Assembly (NCBI GenBank): GCA_016198705.1
Contig: JACQIA010000002.1
Span: forward strand, 1,521-65,520
From: Candidatus Aenigmatarchaeota archaeon
Lineage (GTDB): Archaea > Aenigmatarchaeota > Aenigmatarchaeia > CG10238-14 > SCSR01
Direction: 5' to 3'
DNA length: 64,000 bases
A model generated the notes under the pieces. It was not told the DNA's origin. It searched no databases and saw nothing but the letters and a program-made list of their open reading frames with translations. Shown one piece after another: positions 16,566-25,710 of the stretch. The first letter of the stretch is position 1, and each line of letters begins with the position of its first letter. The translations under genes were made by a program, and so were the position numbers.

Positions 16566-18023
16566 TTAGCTTAATTTTTCCCTCTCAAAATACTTCCTAA
16601 GGAAAACCCCGAAATCAGTGTTCCTTTGAACGACTTGCATTATCCTCTCAGTCTCAGAAAAGACCTCAAACCCGTTTGCAATCCTTTCGGCGATATGGTT
16701 TGGTATGCCTTTCGCCTTCAAAATGTCCAAAGGCTTAGTTAAGCTGTCTACAAGCTTGTCCCTAGCCGTCAAAAAGTCTCTATTAACTTCAGCAACCCAA
16801 AAGCCATCTTCCGGATAAATGCCTATAGCCTGTTCCTTATACTTGTTCAAGAAATTCTCAGCATCCTTCAAATCAAAAATGCTCGGCCCAACTTTCTTCT
16901 GCATAGCAGGCAGTTTCGATACCTCCATCTCCAAAATAGCTGTAGCGATAAACCTCTCGTCAGTAAACACATCCTTATTCAAAACTTTAAACTCATACTT
17001 GGTTTCTTCCAGTATGCTCTGCAGTCTGTCAGCAAACCTCCTTAGCTGCGGCCATAAGATATCTGGAACAACTTTAGGCGGTATGAATTTCACCACCACC
17101 AATTCGGTCCTTCTTTTCATCTGCAATTCTATCAGTTCACTCTCACCTAGAGGCTGCGTGTCTTTGCCTATCATCAACTCCAATGAAGGACTATCTAAAA
17201 ACATCTGCGCATACTTCTTGAATTTAAAAAAATTGAATGCGGATAAAGCCGCAGCTGTATTTCTTGTTTTATCCGTAGGATCTAAAAGAATCAAGGCCTG
17301 CCCTTTGAACATCTCCACAAGCTTTTGGTAATCTTGTTTGGCATAGAATTTTTCCATATCAATAATCTCCCCAGCCGTCCATTTTACAGACGCTTTCAAC
17401 ACATTCAGAAAGCTTCTATAAGCTATAATCAATAACTCGCACACATAGCCGGAATAGCCAAGCACTTTAGTATCGGCACCATACATTCCATTCGAAACTA
17501 GAAATTTCTTTAAAAGCCTGACCTCATCTGATAACCCCAACGGCAGTTTTTTTTCTATATATCGAACATGAAAGGGAGTTCTGTCAACTGCAGACTTCAA
17601 ATGTTCCGTAGAAGTGACTTCATAGCAAGGGACTATGTCGATGCTAATATCATTAATTTTTCCAGAAACATACGGATGCTCAGCATATGCTATCTCATAT
17701 TCACCCTTCAGCTTGGTAATGACAACCTTCCCAACCTGCAATCCTGTAGTCTCCAGTTGCTTTTTCGTCAGCTTTTCAGGAAATAGAGCAAAAACATCAA
17801 ACTCATTCTTGTTTGGCAGCCAAGTGTCTCGGGTAATGCTGCCGGCAAGCATGGCTTTCGCTTTATATCTCTTAGCCACCTTTTTGGTTAAGGAGAGAGT
17901 TTTGTTGGCCAAACTTTCAAGCTTCCTTCGTTGCTCCTTTGTCGGCCTTACTTGTTTCAAGGCTTCTTTGGAAATTTTATCATAATTTGTCATTTTTAAA
18001 CACTTTCCACTAGTTAAAGACAT
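16566..18023 (-). CDS. cca: CCA-adding enzyme (archaeal class I tRNA nucleotidyltransferase)
   Basis: GSITRDTWLPNKNEFDVFALF compares with class I GSxxRGTxL...DiDiF; 485 aa. Confidence 0.8.
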   Translation of the reverse strand: MSLTSGKCLKMTNYDKISKEALKQVRPTKEQRRKLESLANKTLSLTKKVAKRYKAKAMLAGSITRDTWLPNKNEFDVFALFPEKLTKKQLETTGLQVGKVVITKLKGEYEIAYAEHPYVSGKINDISIDIVPCYEVTSTEHLKSAVDRTPFHVRYIEKKLPLGLSDEVRLLKKFLVSNGMYGADTKVLGYSGYVCELLIIAYRSFLNVLKASVKWTAGEIIDMEKFYAKQDYQKLVEMFKGQALILLDPTDKTRNTAAALSAFNFFKFKKYAQMFLDSPSLELMIGKDTQPLGESELIELQMKRRTELVVVKFIPPKVVPDILWPQLRRFADRLQSILEETKYEFKVLNKDVFTDERFIATAILEMEVSKLPAMQKKVGPSIFDLKDAENFLNKYKEQAIGIYPEDGFWVAEVNRDFLTARDKLVDSLTKPLDILKAKGIPNHIAERIANGFEVFSETERIMQVVQRNTDFGVFLRKYFEREKLS

Positions 18024-18220
18024 TTTCTACCTTATAATTATATAAGACAGTCTTGATTATCTTAGAAAGAAACAAAAAAGACAAAAAAGTCTTCATTTGC
18101 CTGAAATAAGCTAATTTAGACCCTATTTCACCACGGTAAAACATTATACCGATGTATATAATGGAGGATATACTTTATTAGTTTTTGCCTACAATAGAAA
18201 TTTAAAGCGGGTAGAACACT

Positions 18221-18877
18221 ATGCCAGAAGTAAAAGCATGCATTTTTGACGGAAGCGGTGTGTTGCTGGATGATGTAAATGCTATTTTTAACATTTCCAA
18301 CAGAATTCTTGAAGAAATGAAATTAGAGCCGGTAACATTTGAAGATTTCCAAGGCAGAACTAAAATACCATTTTGGGAATACTACAAATCTTTTGGTTTA
18401 TCTGAATTCGATAGCAAAGCCACTGATTTTTACTTCAAAAAATTTTATCCTTTATTTTTCGATGACGTTAAGCTATATCCAGAAGTAAATACTGTGTTGC
18501 AGCAATTGAAATCCAGAGGCATAAAATTAGGAATCGTCACTCATCTTCCAAAAGAAGTAGTTTCAAGGCATTTGCAATCTTTTGGAATCCAAAACTACTT
18601 TGATGCAATTATAACTTTCGACGATACAGATGAACATAAACCATCGCCCAAACCTTTACTTATCGCATTATCGAAAATTGGTGTTGACATCACAGATGCA
18701 GTATTCATTGGTGATATGGTTGAAGACATATTGACAGGAAAAAGGGCGGGTGTTAAGACTGTTGCTGTGTTGAGAAATGAAAATCCATATCAAACAAGAG
18801 ATAAGGTAATTGAACAAAATCCCGATTATCTTATATCGAACTTGGCAGAAATATTTTCCAATGGAATTATCAGATGA
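18221..18877 (+). CDS. HAD-superfamily phosphatase
   Basis: Motif I FDGSGVL (DxDx[TV]-like), K ... GDMVED; 218 aa. Confidence 0.6.
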   Translation: MPEVKACIFDGSGVLLDDVNAIFNISNRILEEMKLEPVTFEDFQGRTKIPFWEYYKSFGLSEFDSKATDFYFKKFYPLFFDDVKLYPEVNTVLQQLKSRGIKLGIVTHLPKEVVSRHLQSFGIQNYFDAIITFDDTDEHKPSPKPLLIALSKIGVDITDAVFIGDMVEDILTGKRAGVKTVAVLRNENPYQTRDKVIEQNPDYLISNLAEIFSNGIIR

Positions 18878-18883
18878 TTAAGT

Positions 18884-19204
18884 ATGAGAACTAAGGCACC
18901 CTATCAATTTACTCAAGAAGGTCACTATGGTAGATTTTTACGAGGACCTATTGATTTGAACGGGCATCCTATTTTTATTGATCCAAATGGACCTATGAGA
19001 AAAATAGTAGCAGAATTAGCAGAAAGACAACGCATTATATATGGAAATAATTTTGATGGGGTAACTATGTATTATGATGGTAGGTTAGTCTATGTAGATA
19101 GGAGAAAGCATAGAGGCGGAAGATCTGTGAGTAACAAACTATCAGTAGCCGACTCTTATTCAATGACAGAACTGACTGCACTTGTTGAAAAGGTTTTATC
19201 TTAA
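18884..19204 (+). CDS. Hypothetical protein, 106 aa, Arg/Gly-rich
   Basis: Complete ORF; no motif recognised; composition atypical for this genome. Confidence 0.35.
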   Translation: MRTKAPYQFTQEGHYGRFLRGPIDLNGHPIFIDPNGPMRKIVAELAERQRIIYGNNFDGVTMYYDGRLVYVDRRKHRGGRSVSNKLSVADSYSMTELTALVEKVLS

Positions 19205-20478
19205 GTCTTATTTAGGAAACTTACAAGTTCATGTAATTTCACTTCACTTTCCTTACCTTTTATCATGTCTTTTACCTTAACAAGATTTCTCCCCAATTCT
19301 TTCTTGCCAACAATTACAACGAAAGGTATTTCTAATGAATTAGCATATTCCAATTGATTTGATAATTTCCTGTCCATAATGTTAATATCAGCTCGAATGG
19401 AATTTCTTCTTAGACTTTGAACAATTTCGAATGCTTTGTCCTTTACACTATCGTCAACAATCGCAACATACACATCAACAGGGCAATATTTTTCAGCATC
19501 TACTACAACTTCCATCAATCTATCCACCCCAATTCCAAATCCAGTCGCAGGTAAATCCTGGCCGCCATATAAGCCAACCAAAGTATCATATCTTCCACCA
19601 GAGGCGACAGAACCGAAATCTTCTTCCCCCTCTACAAAAGTTTCAAAAACAAATCCAGTATAGTAATCAATTCCCCGTACTATGCTGAAATCTATTTTAA
19701 TGTTCTCAACACCCATCTTCTCTGCAAGCGATTTTATTCCTTTCAAGTCCTTTACTTCATCCGGTTTACCAGATTTTACAAGTTCTAAGAATTTGTCGAT
19801 GGAGTTGCTAGCAATTTTGTATTTTCCCAATTCACTCCTTACACCCTTCTCTCCTATTTTGCCTAACTTGTCTATTACTCTAAATACATCGAACTTTTTA
19901 CTTTCAGGAATTCCAGACTGCTTGATTAAACTCTCAACGATTTTTCTTGAGTTGATTTTAAAATAAAACTTTTTGATGCCAACAGACTTGAGCACATCAT
20001 AAACTACAGATAAAATTTCTGCATCGGCTTCAGGCTTGTTTGAGCCAATTAGTTCCACTCCAGCCTGCCAGAATTCACGCCAACGCCCTTTCCCTGGCTG
20101 GTCATATCTCCACATGTTTGTGATATAGCAGAATTTAATTGGTTTTGGCAATGAAGTATCAGATGCGACGATTCTGCATATAGACACTGTGGGGTCAAAC
20201 CTCAATCCCAGTTTTCTACCGGCTTTGTCTGTGAATACATAAATCTCATTTTCTATGTCAGGACCAGATTTTTTTGATAACAATTCGAAATCTTCAAATG
20301 CAGGCGTCCATACTTCGCCATATCCGTAGCCTTCAAACACTTTTCTTATCTTTTCAAAAACCTTTCTGCGTTTAGCCATCTCTTCTGGCAGGAAATCTCT
20401 TGTTCCCTTAGGAGGCTGGAATTTCATATTAGATATTTTTACTCTGTTGTTATTATCTTTAGAATAAGCACTAGCCAA
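19201..20478 (-). CDS. hisS: Histidyl-tRNA synthetase
   Basis: MKFQPPKGTRDFLPEE and class II motifs. The true start is probably the internal Met at about 20427 (MKFQPP...). Confidence 0.85.
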   Translation of the reverse strand: MASAYSKDNNNRVKISNMKFQPPKGTRDFLPEEMAKRRKVFEKIRKVFEGYGYGEVWTPAFEDFELLSKKSGPDIENEIYVFTDKAGRKLGLRFDPTVSICRIVASDTSLPKPIKFCYITNMWRYDQPGKGRWREFWQAGVELIGSNKPEADAEILSVVYDVLKSVGIKKFYFKINSRKIVESLIKQSGIPESKKFDVFRVIDKLGKIGEKGVRSELGKYKIASNSIDKFLELVKSGKPDEVKDLKGIKSLAEKMGVENIKIDFSIVRGIDYYTGFVFETFVEGEEDFGSVASGGRYDTLVGLYGGQDLPATGFGIGVDRLMEVVVDAEKYCPVDVYVAIVDDSVKDKAFEIVQSLRRNSIRADINIMDRKLSNQLEYANSLEIPFVVIVGKKELGRNLVKVKDMIKGKESEVKLHELVSFLNKT

Positions 20479-20650
20479 AGTGAACTAAACCACTTCTATT
20501 TTCACCCTTCATTCTTTACACCTTTCAATTACAGTATCTTAGCAGGTTTAAATAGCTTGAGGTGGGAATTATACTTAAGTGAGCCTAATGAGTGGTTGCC
20601 GGATCGTCTAATTCTAAACTTTATTTAAAACTATCACCAAAAGTGATTTC

Positions 20651-23521
20651 ATGAATACTAAAGAGATAGAAGAGCAAATTTTCCAATTTTGGACAAGGAA
20701 TAAAATTTACGAAAAAGTTAAGACTCTAAGGAAAAATGCAAAGAAATTCTACTTCCTCGATGGACCGCCATATGCAACCGGCAGCATACATATGGGTACT
20801 GCAATGAACAAGATAATCAAAGATTTCTACATACGCTTTTTCAGGATGTTTGGATTTAATGTTTGGGACCAACCTGGATACGATACACATGGCGTCCCAA
20901 TAGAAAATAAAATAGAGCAGAAATTCGGCTTCAAGACAAAAAAAGACATAGAGAAATTCGGTGTAGATAAATTTGTTAACGAATGCAAGAACTTTGCCAC
21001 ACAATACATAGACGTTCAAAACAAGCAATTCGCCAATCTTGGTGTTTGGATGGATTGGAACAATCCTTACATGACGTTGGATAACGATTATATAGAAGGC
21101 GCTTGGTTTACATTCAAGCAGGCATTTGAAAAGGGGTTCTTGTACAAGGGCGTTTATTCTGTCCATGTCTGCCCGCATTGCGAGACTGCTGTTGCTTATA
21201 ACGAGATTGAATACGAAAAAGTTACAGATCCTTCTATCTATGTAAAGTTTCAGATAAAGAATAAACCTAATGAATATTTACTGATCATGACTACCACTCC
21301 ATGGACGATTCCTTCTAACATGGGTATTATGGCTAAACCAAACGCAGAATATGTGAAAGTGAAAGTAAACAATGAAATTTTGGTTGTAGCTAAAGATTTG
21401 CTGGAGACTTTGATGAGCAAATTCAATATAACTAACTATAAGGTAATTGATTCACTAAAAGGCAAACAACTGGAAGGCATAGAATACAACCACCCACTTT
21501 CAGACTTACTTCCATTCCACAAAGTTTTGAAGAATATACATAGAGTTGTTTTATCAGACCAGTATGTAAGTTTGGAAGAAGGAACCGGTTTAGTCCATAC
21601 AGCGCCAGGGCATGGCAAGGAAGATTATGAAGTCGGAATGAAAAATAATCTGCCGGCAATCAGTCCTTTAAAACTAGATGGGACATTTGATGAAAATTCA
21701 GGGAAATACGCAGGCATGTATGCGAAAGATGCAGATAAAATAATTATTGAAGATTTGAGGAACAGAAACGCATTATTGTTTGAAGAAAAGGTTACTCATG
21801 ATTACCCATTATGTTGGCGATGCAATTATCCATTGCTGCAGATGGCTGTTCCGCAGTGGTTCTTCAAAGTGACCCAAATACGCGACAAACTTCTAAAGGA
21901 AAATGAAAAAATAAATTGGGTTCCTTCTTGGGCTGGCCAGAGATTTAAAAATTGGTTAGAGAGTTTGAGTGATTGGCCTATATCTAGGCAGCGATACTGG
22001 GGAATACCGCTGCCAATTTGGATTTGTGATGCATGCCAGAATGTTAAAGTAATTGGCTCGCGTGACGAATTGCCTAAGATACCGAAAGACTTTCACAAGC
22101 CGTACATAGACGAAGTGCAGTGGACATGCAAAAAATGCGGAAAGGGAACTATGAAAAGGGTTCCAGATGTCCTGGATGTTTGGTTCGATTCTGGTGTTGC
22201 TCCTTGGGCTTCTCTGGGATATCCTAGAAACAAAACTCTGTTCACCAAGATGTGGCCTGCCGATTTTATCTTGGAAGGGCCTGACCAGATAAGAGGCTGG
22301 TGGAACTCATTAATGATCACTAGCATCATAACTTTCAACAGGAGGTCATTTGATAATGTTCTATTTCACGGTTTTGTTCTAGATTCCCATGGAATCAAGA
22401 TGAGTAAAAGCAAAGGCAATGCTGTCGAACCTGAAAAATTAATAGAAAAGCACGGAAGAGACGTGTCACGATTTTACTTTTTATCTGGGGCACCATGGGA
22501 AGACTATTACTTCAAATGGGAGGATCTGGATGAAGTTGCAAAATCTTTTGTCATCATAAGAAACACATTCAACTTCATCAAAACCTACGTTACTAATGCT
22601 GGTAAACCAAAAAATCTAAAATTGGAAGACAGATGGCTTTTATCAAAATTAAATTCTTTAGTTGCGAATTGCACAGACTATTGCAAAACTTTCAACTCGC
22701 AGAAAGCGGCTAGTGAAATCAGCAGCTTCATCCTAAACGATTTTTCGAGATGGTATGTGAAGCTGGTAAGAGACAGGGTTTGGGTTACATACAAAGGCAA
22801 AGACAGGCAATCGGCATTTTACACACTTCTATACACAACAGAAACTTTGCTTAAACTGCTCGCGCCGTTTACACCAATGCTGGCAGAGCATGTTTATCAA
22901 ACAGTTATAAAACCCTTGAAGAAAGGCAAAGAATCCATCCACATGTACGATTGGCCTAAGGGTGACAAAAAATTCATAGACAAAAAACTGGAGGAGAGCA
23001 TGTCTATAGTAAAGCAATTGGTTGAAGCATCATCAGCAGCAAGAAATCAGGCAAGCTTGAAATTAAGATGGCCGGTAAAAGAGGTTCTAGTTTTTTCGGC
23101 TGATAGAAAAGTAAATTCGGCAGTAAGGCAATTAAAAAATATTTTGTTATCGGCTTGTAATTCAAAAGGAATAAAAACTGTTAAGAAGAAACCCACAGGA
23201 CAATTCTCTTCAATCAAGCTACCCTTTGGAGAGGTAATGGTTAACAAAGTTCTTGACAAGCAACTGTTAGAAGAAGCAATGGTGAAAGAATTGATAAGAT
23301 CAATACAGGATTCCAGAAAAAGAAACGGCTTTGATGTCAAAGAGTTGATAAATTTAAGCTTGAAGTCCGATGATAAAACCAATGCTGTATTGAAGAACTA
23401 CAATGAATTTTTGATGAAGGAAGTGGGTGCGAAAAAGGTGGTCATAGGCAGGTTAGAAGGAGAATTCAAAGATAAGTTGGAATTTCAAGGGCGGCAAATA
23501 GAAATTATGTTTTTTAAGTGA
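20651..23521 (+). CDS. ileS: Isoleucyl-tRNA synthetase
   Basis: LDGPPYATGSIHMGTAMNKIIKD (HIGH region), KMSKSKGN, and a CP1 editing region with CWRC; 956 aa, short for an IleRS. Confidence 0.85.
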   Translation: MNTKEIEEQIFQFWTRNKIYEKVKTLRKNAKKFYFLDGPPYATGSIHMGTAMNKIIKDFYIRFFRMFGFNVWDQPGYDTHGVPIENKIEQKFGFKTKKDIEKFGVDKFVNECKNFATQYIDVQNKQFANLGVWMDWNNPYMTLDNDYIEGAWFTFKQAFEKGFLYKGVYSVHVCPHCETAVAYNEIEYEKVTDPSIYVKFQIKNKPNEYLLIMTTTPWTIPSNMGIMAKPNAEYVKVKVNNEILVVAKDLLETLMSKFNITNYKVIDSLKGKQLEGIEYNHPLSDLLPFHKVLKNIHRVVLSDQYVSLEEGTGLVHTAPGHGKEDYEVGMKNNLPAISPLKLDGTFDENSGKYAGMYAKDADKIIIEDLRNRNALLFEEKVTHDYPLCWRCNYPLLQMAVPQWFFKVTQIRDKLLKENEKINWVPSWAGQRFKNWLESLSDWPISRQRYWGIPLPIWICDACQNVKVIGSRDELPKIPKDFHKPYIDEVQWTCKKCGKGTMKRVPDVLDVWFDSGVAPWASLGYPRNKTLFTKMWPADFILEGPDQIRGWWNSLMITSIITFNRRSFDNVLFHGFVLDSHGIKMSKSKGNAVEPEKLIEKHGRDVSRFYFLSGAPWEDYYFKWEDLDEVAKSFVIIRNTFNFIKTYVTNAGKPKNLKLEDRWLLSKLNSLVANCTDYCKTFNSQKAASEISSFILNDFSRWYVKLVRDRVWVTYKGKDRQSAFYTLLYTTETLLKLLAPFTPMLAEHVYQTVIKPLKKGKESIHMYDWPKGDKKFIDKKLEESMSIVKQLVEASSAARNQASLKLRWPVKEVLVFSADRKVNSAVRQLKNILLSACNSKGIKTVKKKPTGQFSSIKLPFGEVMVNKVLDKQLLEEAMVKELIRSIQDSRKRNGFDVKELINLSLKSDDKTNAVLKNYNEFLMKEVGAKKVVIGRLEGEFKDKLEFQGRQIEIMFFK

Positions 23522-23525
23522 TCTG

Positions 23526-24053
23526 ATGAAAGAAACATTGATTTTGGTAGATGACAAAGACAATCCCATAGGGTTTGCGAGCAGAGAAGAATGCCATCAA
23601 GGCAATGGCAAAAGACATAGGGCATTTGTAGTATTTCTATTCGATGATGAGGGCAGAGTATTGCTGCAGTTCAGATCCAAGGATAAACTAGGCGGCCAGA
23701 GATGGGATGTCACTGCTACAAGCCACGTTAGAAAAGATGAGACATACGATACTGCAGCTGAAAGATGTTTGAAGCACGAACTCGGCATCTCGGTTCCTTT
23801 GCAGAAGAGTGGCTCATTTACTTATACAGAGGCTTATGAAGAGTATTCTGAAAACGAATATTGCGCAGTCTTGATTGGGAAATTTAATGGGAAAGTGATT
23901 CCGAACAAAGAGGAGATGGATAGAGTCAATTATTCGGCATTGGATGAAATCAAAAAGGATGTAGCAGAAAATCCAGAGGCTTACACAAAATGGTTCAGGG
24001 GGGCATTTCCAATATTCTGCGATTTTATCAAAAAATCTGGATACACCAGATGA
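23526..24053 (+). CDS. NUDIX-family hydrolase, IDI-type-1-like fold but lacking the catalytic Cys
   Basis: HRAFVVFLFDDEGRVLLQFRSKDK and ERCLKHELGI Nudix-like box. The segment WDVTATSHV sits where IDI-1 has WTNSCCSHP. Confidence 0.5.
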   Translation: MKETLILVDDKDNPIGFASREECHQGNGKRHRAFVVFLFDDEGRVLLQFRSKDKLGGQRWDVTATSHVRKDETYDTAAERCLKHELGISVPLQKSGSFTYTEAYEEYSENEYCAVLIGKFNGKVIPNKEEMDRVNYSALDEIKKDVAENPEAYTKWFRGAFPIFCDFIKKSGYTR

Positions 24054-24057
24054 TCAA

Positions 24058-24459
24058 ATGAAACTTGCTAAAGACCACATATTGCTTATATCACTAGCAT
24101 CATCTGTCATAGGCTTGGCATTGATTTACATAGCAACAATCCAAATAGAGCCAAAAAGCATACTTATTAGCGATATAACAGCCGATATGGAAGGGCGTAA
24201 AATTCTTGTTGAAGGCCATCTAGCCGAAAAAAGGAAGCATGAAGATGGACATCTGTTCCTTACAGTTTCGGACAACAATTCAAAAATACAGGTGCCGTTG
24301 TTTTCAGATTTCATGAAAGAGCTTGCTCAAATAGGAATTACGGAAAATGACTTCCACGTAGGTGATAAAATTGCCGTCAAAGGCATTGTAGAAAATTACA
24401 AAGGAAGTCTGCAAATTATACCAAAAAATTTAAACGATGTAAAAATTTTAGGTGAATAA
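24058..24459 (+). CDS. Membrane-anchored OB-fold nucleic-acid-binding-like protein
   Basis: N-terminal TM helix followed by an OB-like segment (ILVEGHL...GDKIAVKGIVENYKGSLQI); 133 aa. Confidence 0.35.
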   Translation: MKLAKDHILLISLASSVIGLALIYIATIQIEPKSILISDITADMEGRKILVEGHLAEKRKHEDGHLFLTVSDNNSKIQVPLFSDFMKELAQIGITENDFHVGDKIAVKGIVENYKGSLQIIPKNLNDVKILGE

Positions 24460-25703
24460 TGTTTATTGAAATATTCTTTTTCAGTTTGTTAGGAATTGTT
24501 GTTGGTGTTATCCTTGGATTGCTCCCGGGTCTCCACATCAATAACCTATTACCCTTGTTTATTTCACTTGCAGTTTTAATCCCCAATCCATACTATCTTG
24601 TAGTTTTTATAATCTCAATAGCTATTGCACAAGTGTTTACAAGCTTTATACCTTCAATATTTCTTGGATCTCCTGACGGCGAAAATAACGCATTGTCCAT
24701 CTTGCCAGGCCATAGATTGCTGTTGGAGGGAAGAGGATACGAAGCTATTCTATTAACAACCATCGGAGGATTTGGTGCATTGATAATAAGCATAATTACT
24801 GTTTTATTTTTCGGAAATTATTTTACTATCCTCTATGACATCATCCGACCTTACATAGCATACCCACTTATTGTAGTAATACTCTTCATGATTCTTTCGG
24901 AGAGGCGAGTGAAGAAAATATTGTATGCAGGTTTAATCGTACTTCTTTCAGGAGTCTTGGGAATTCTAGTTCTGAATTCATCTATCGTTGCACAGCAGAA
25001 TGCTTTGTTTCCTACTTTTGCAGGATTATTCGCTATCAGCACTTTAATGGCATCAATAACAGAAAGGGCAAAAATTCCAAGACAGGAAATTGATGCGACG
25101 CTGAAAATGTCTAAATTAAACATAGCTAAGTCAATAGTTCTGGGCGTTATCGCGGGAGTGTTAGTAGGCTTACTCCCGGCAGTTGGAGTGTCGCAAGCGG
25201 CTACATTCATGCAATACATCGGTGGCTTAGGAGAAGCTAGGGCATTTCTTACAACACTCGCCAGCATCAATACTGCTAATGAAGTTATTTCACTCAATTC
25301 CCTTTATTTGATCTCAAATCCCCGTTCAGGAGCATCTGTGGCTATAGAGCGAATATTGCCAGAAATAAATTTTAATGACATGCTTCTTTTTCTAGGCGTG
25401 ATACTTCTTTCAGCTGGTATTGTAGTTCCTATAACTCTGCATTTAGGAAGAGTGATACCACATATTTTGGTTAAATTCAATTATACTTCCCTATCGTTAG
25501 CCATCATTGGCTTTTTATTTCTCATGATAGCACTCGTGACAGGTGTTTACGGTTTATTGATTGGATTGACATCAACTGCTATAGGTCTGTCATGCACATA
25601 CTTGGGTGTCAGAAGAAGCAGTTGCATGGGAGTTCTGCTGTTACCGAGCATTACTTTTTTCGCTGGAATAAATCCATTAATTTTAACTATACTAAACATT
25701 TAA
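24459..25703 (+). CDS. TctA-family (DUF112) integral membrane transporter-like protein
   Basis: Polytopic; GVILGLLPGLHIN and GVIAGVLVGLLPAVGVS repeats are typical of DUF112; 414 aa. Confidence 0.5.
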   Translation: MFIEIFFFSLLGIVVGVILGLLPGLHINNLLPLFISLAVLIPNPYYLVVFIISIAIAQVFTSFIPSIFLGSPDGENNALSILPGHRLLLEGRGYEAILLTTIGGFGALIISIITVLFFGNYFTILYDIIRPYIAYPLIVVILFMILSERRVKKILYAGLIVLLSGVLGILVLNSSIVAQQNALFPTFAGLFAISTLMASITERAKIPRQEIDATLKMSKLNIAKSIVLGVIAGVLVGLLPAVGVSQAATFMQYIGGLGEARAFLTTLASINTANEVISLNSLYLISNPRSGASVAIERILPEINFNDMLLFLGVILLSAGIVVPITLHLGRVIPHILVKFNYTSLSLAIIGFLFLMIALVTGVYGLLIGLTSTAIGLSCTYLGVRRSSCMGVLLLPSITFFAGINPLILTILNI

Positions 25704-25710
25704 GTAGAAG

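Noticed and set aside
20479-20650. Possible structured ncRNA in the hisS-ileS divergent spacer (a GC-richer patch containing GGTGGGAATTATACTTAAGTGAGCCTAATGAGTGGTTGCCGGATCG)
   Set aside because: No convincing stem architecture or known RNA-family motif could be discerned by eye. Most likely it is promoter and 5'-UTR sequence for the two divergent synthetase genes.
23526-24053. Isopentenyl-diphosphate isomerase type 1
   Set aside because: The fold and N-terminal segments resemble IDI-1, but the catalytic Cys of the TNTCCSHP motif is replaced (TATSHV), so only a generic NUDIX call is justified.
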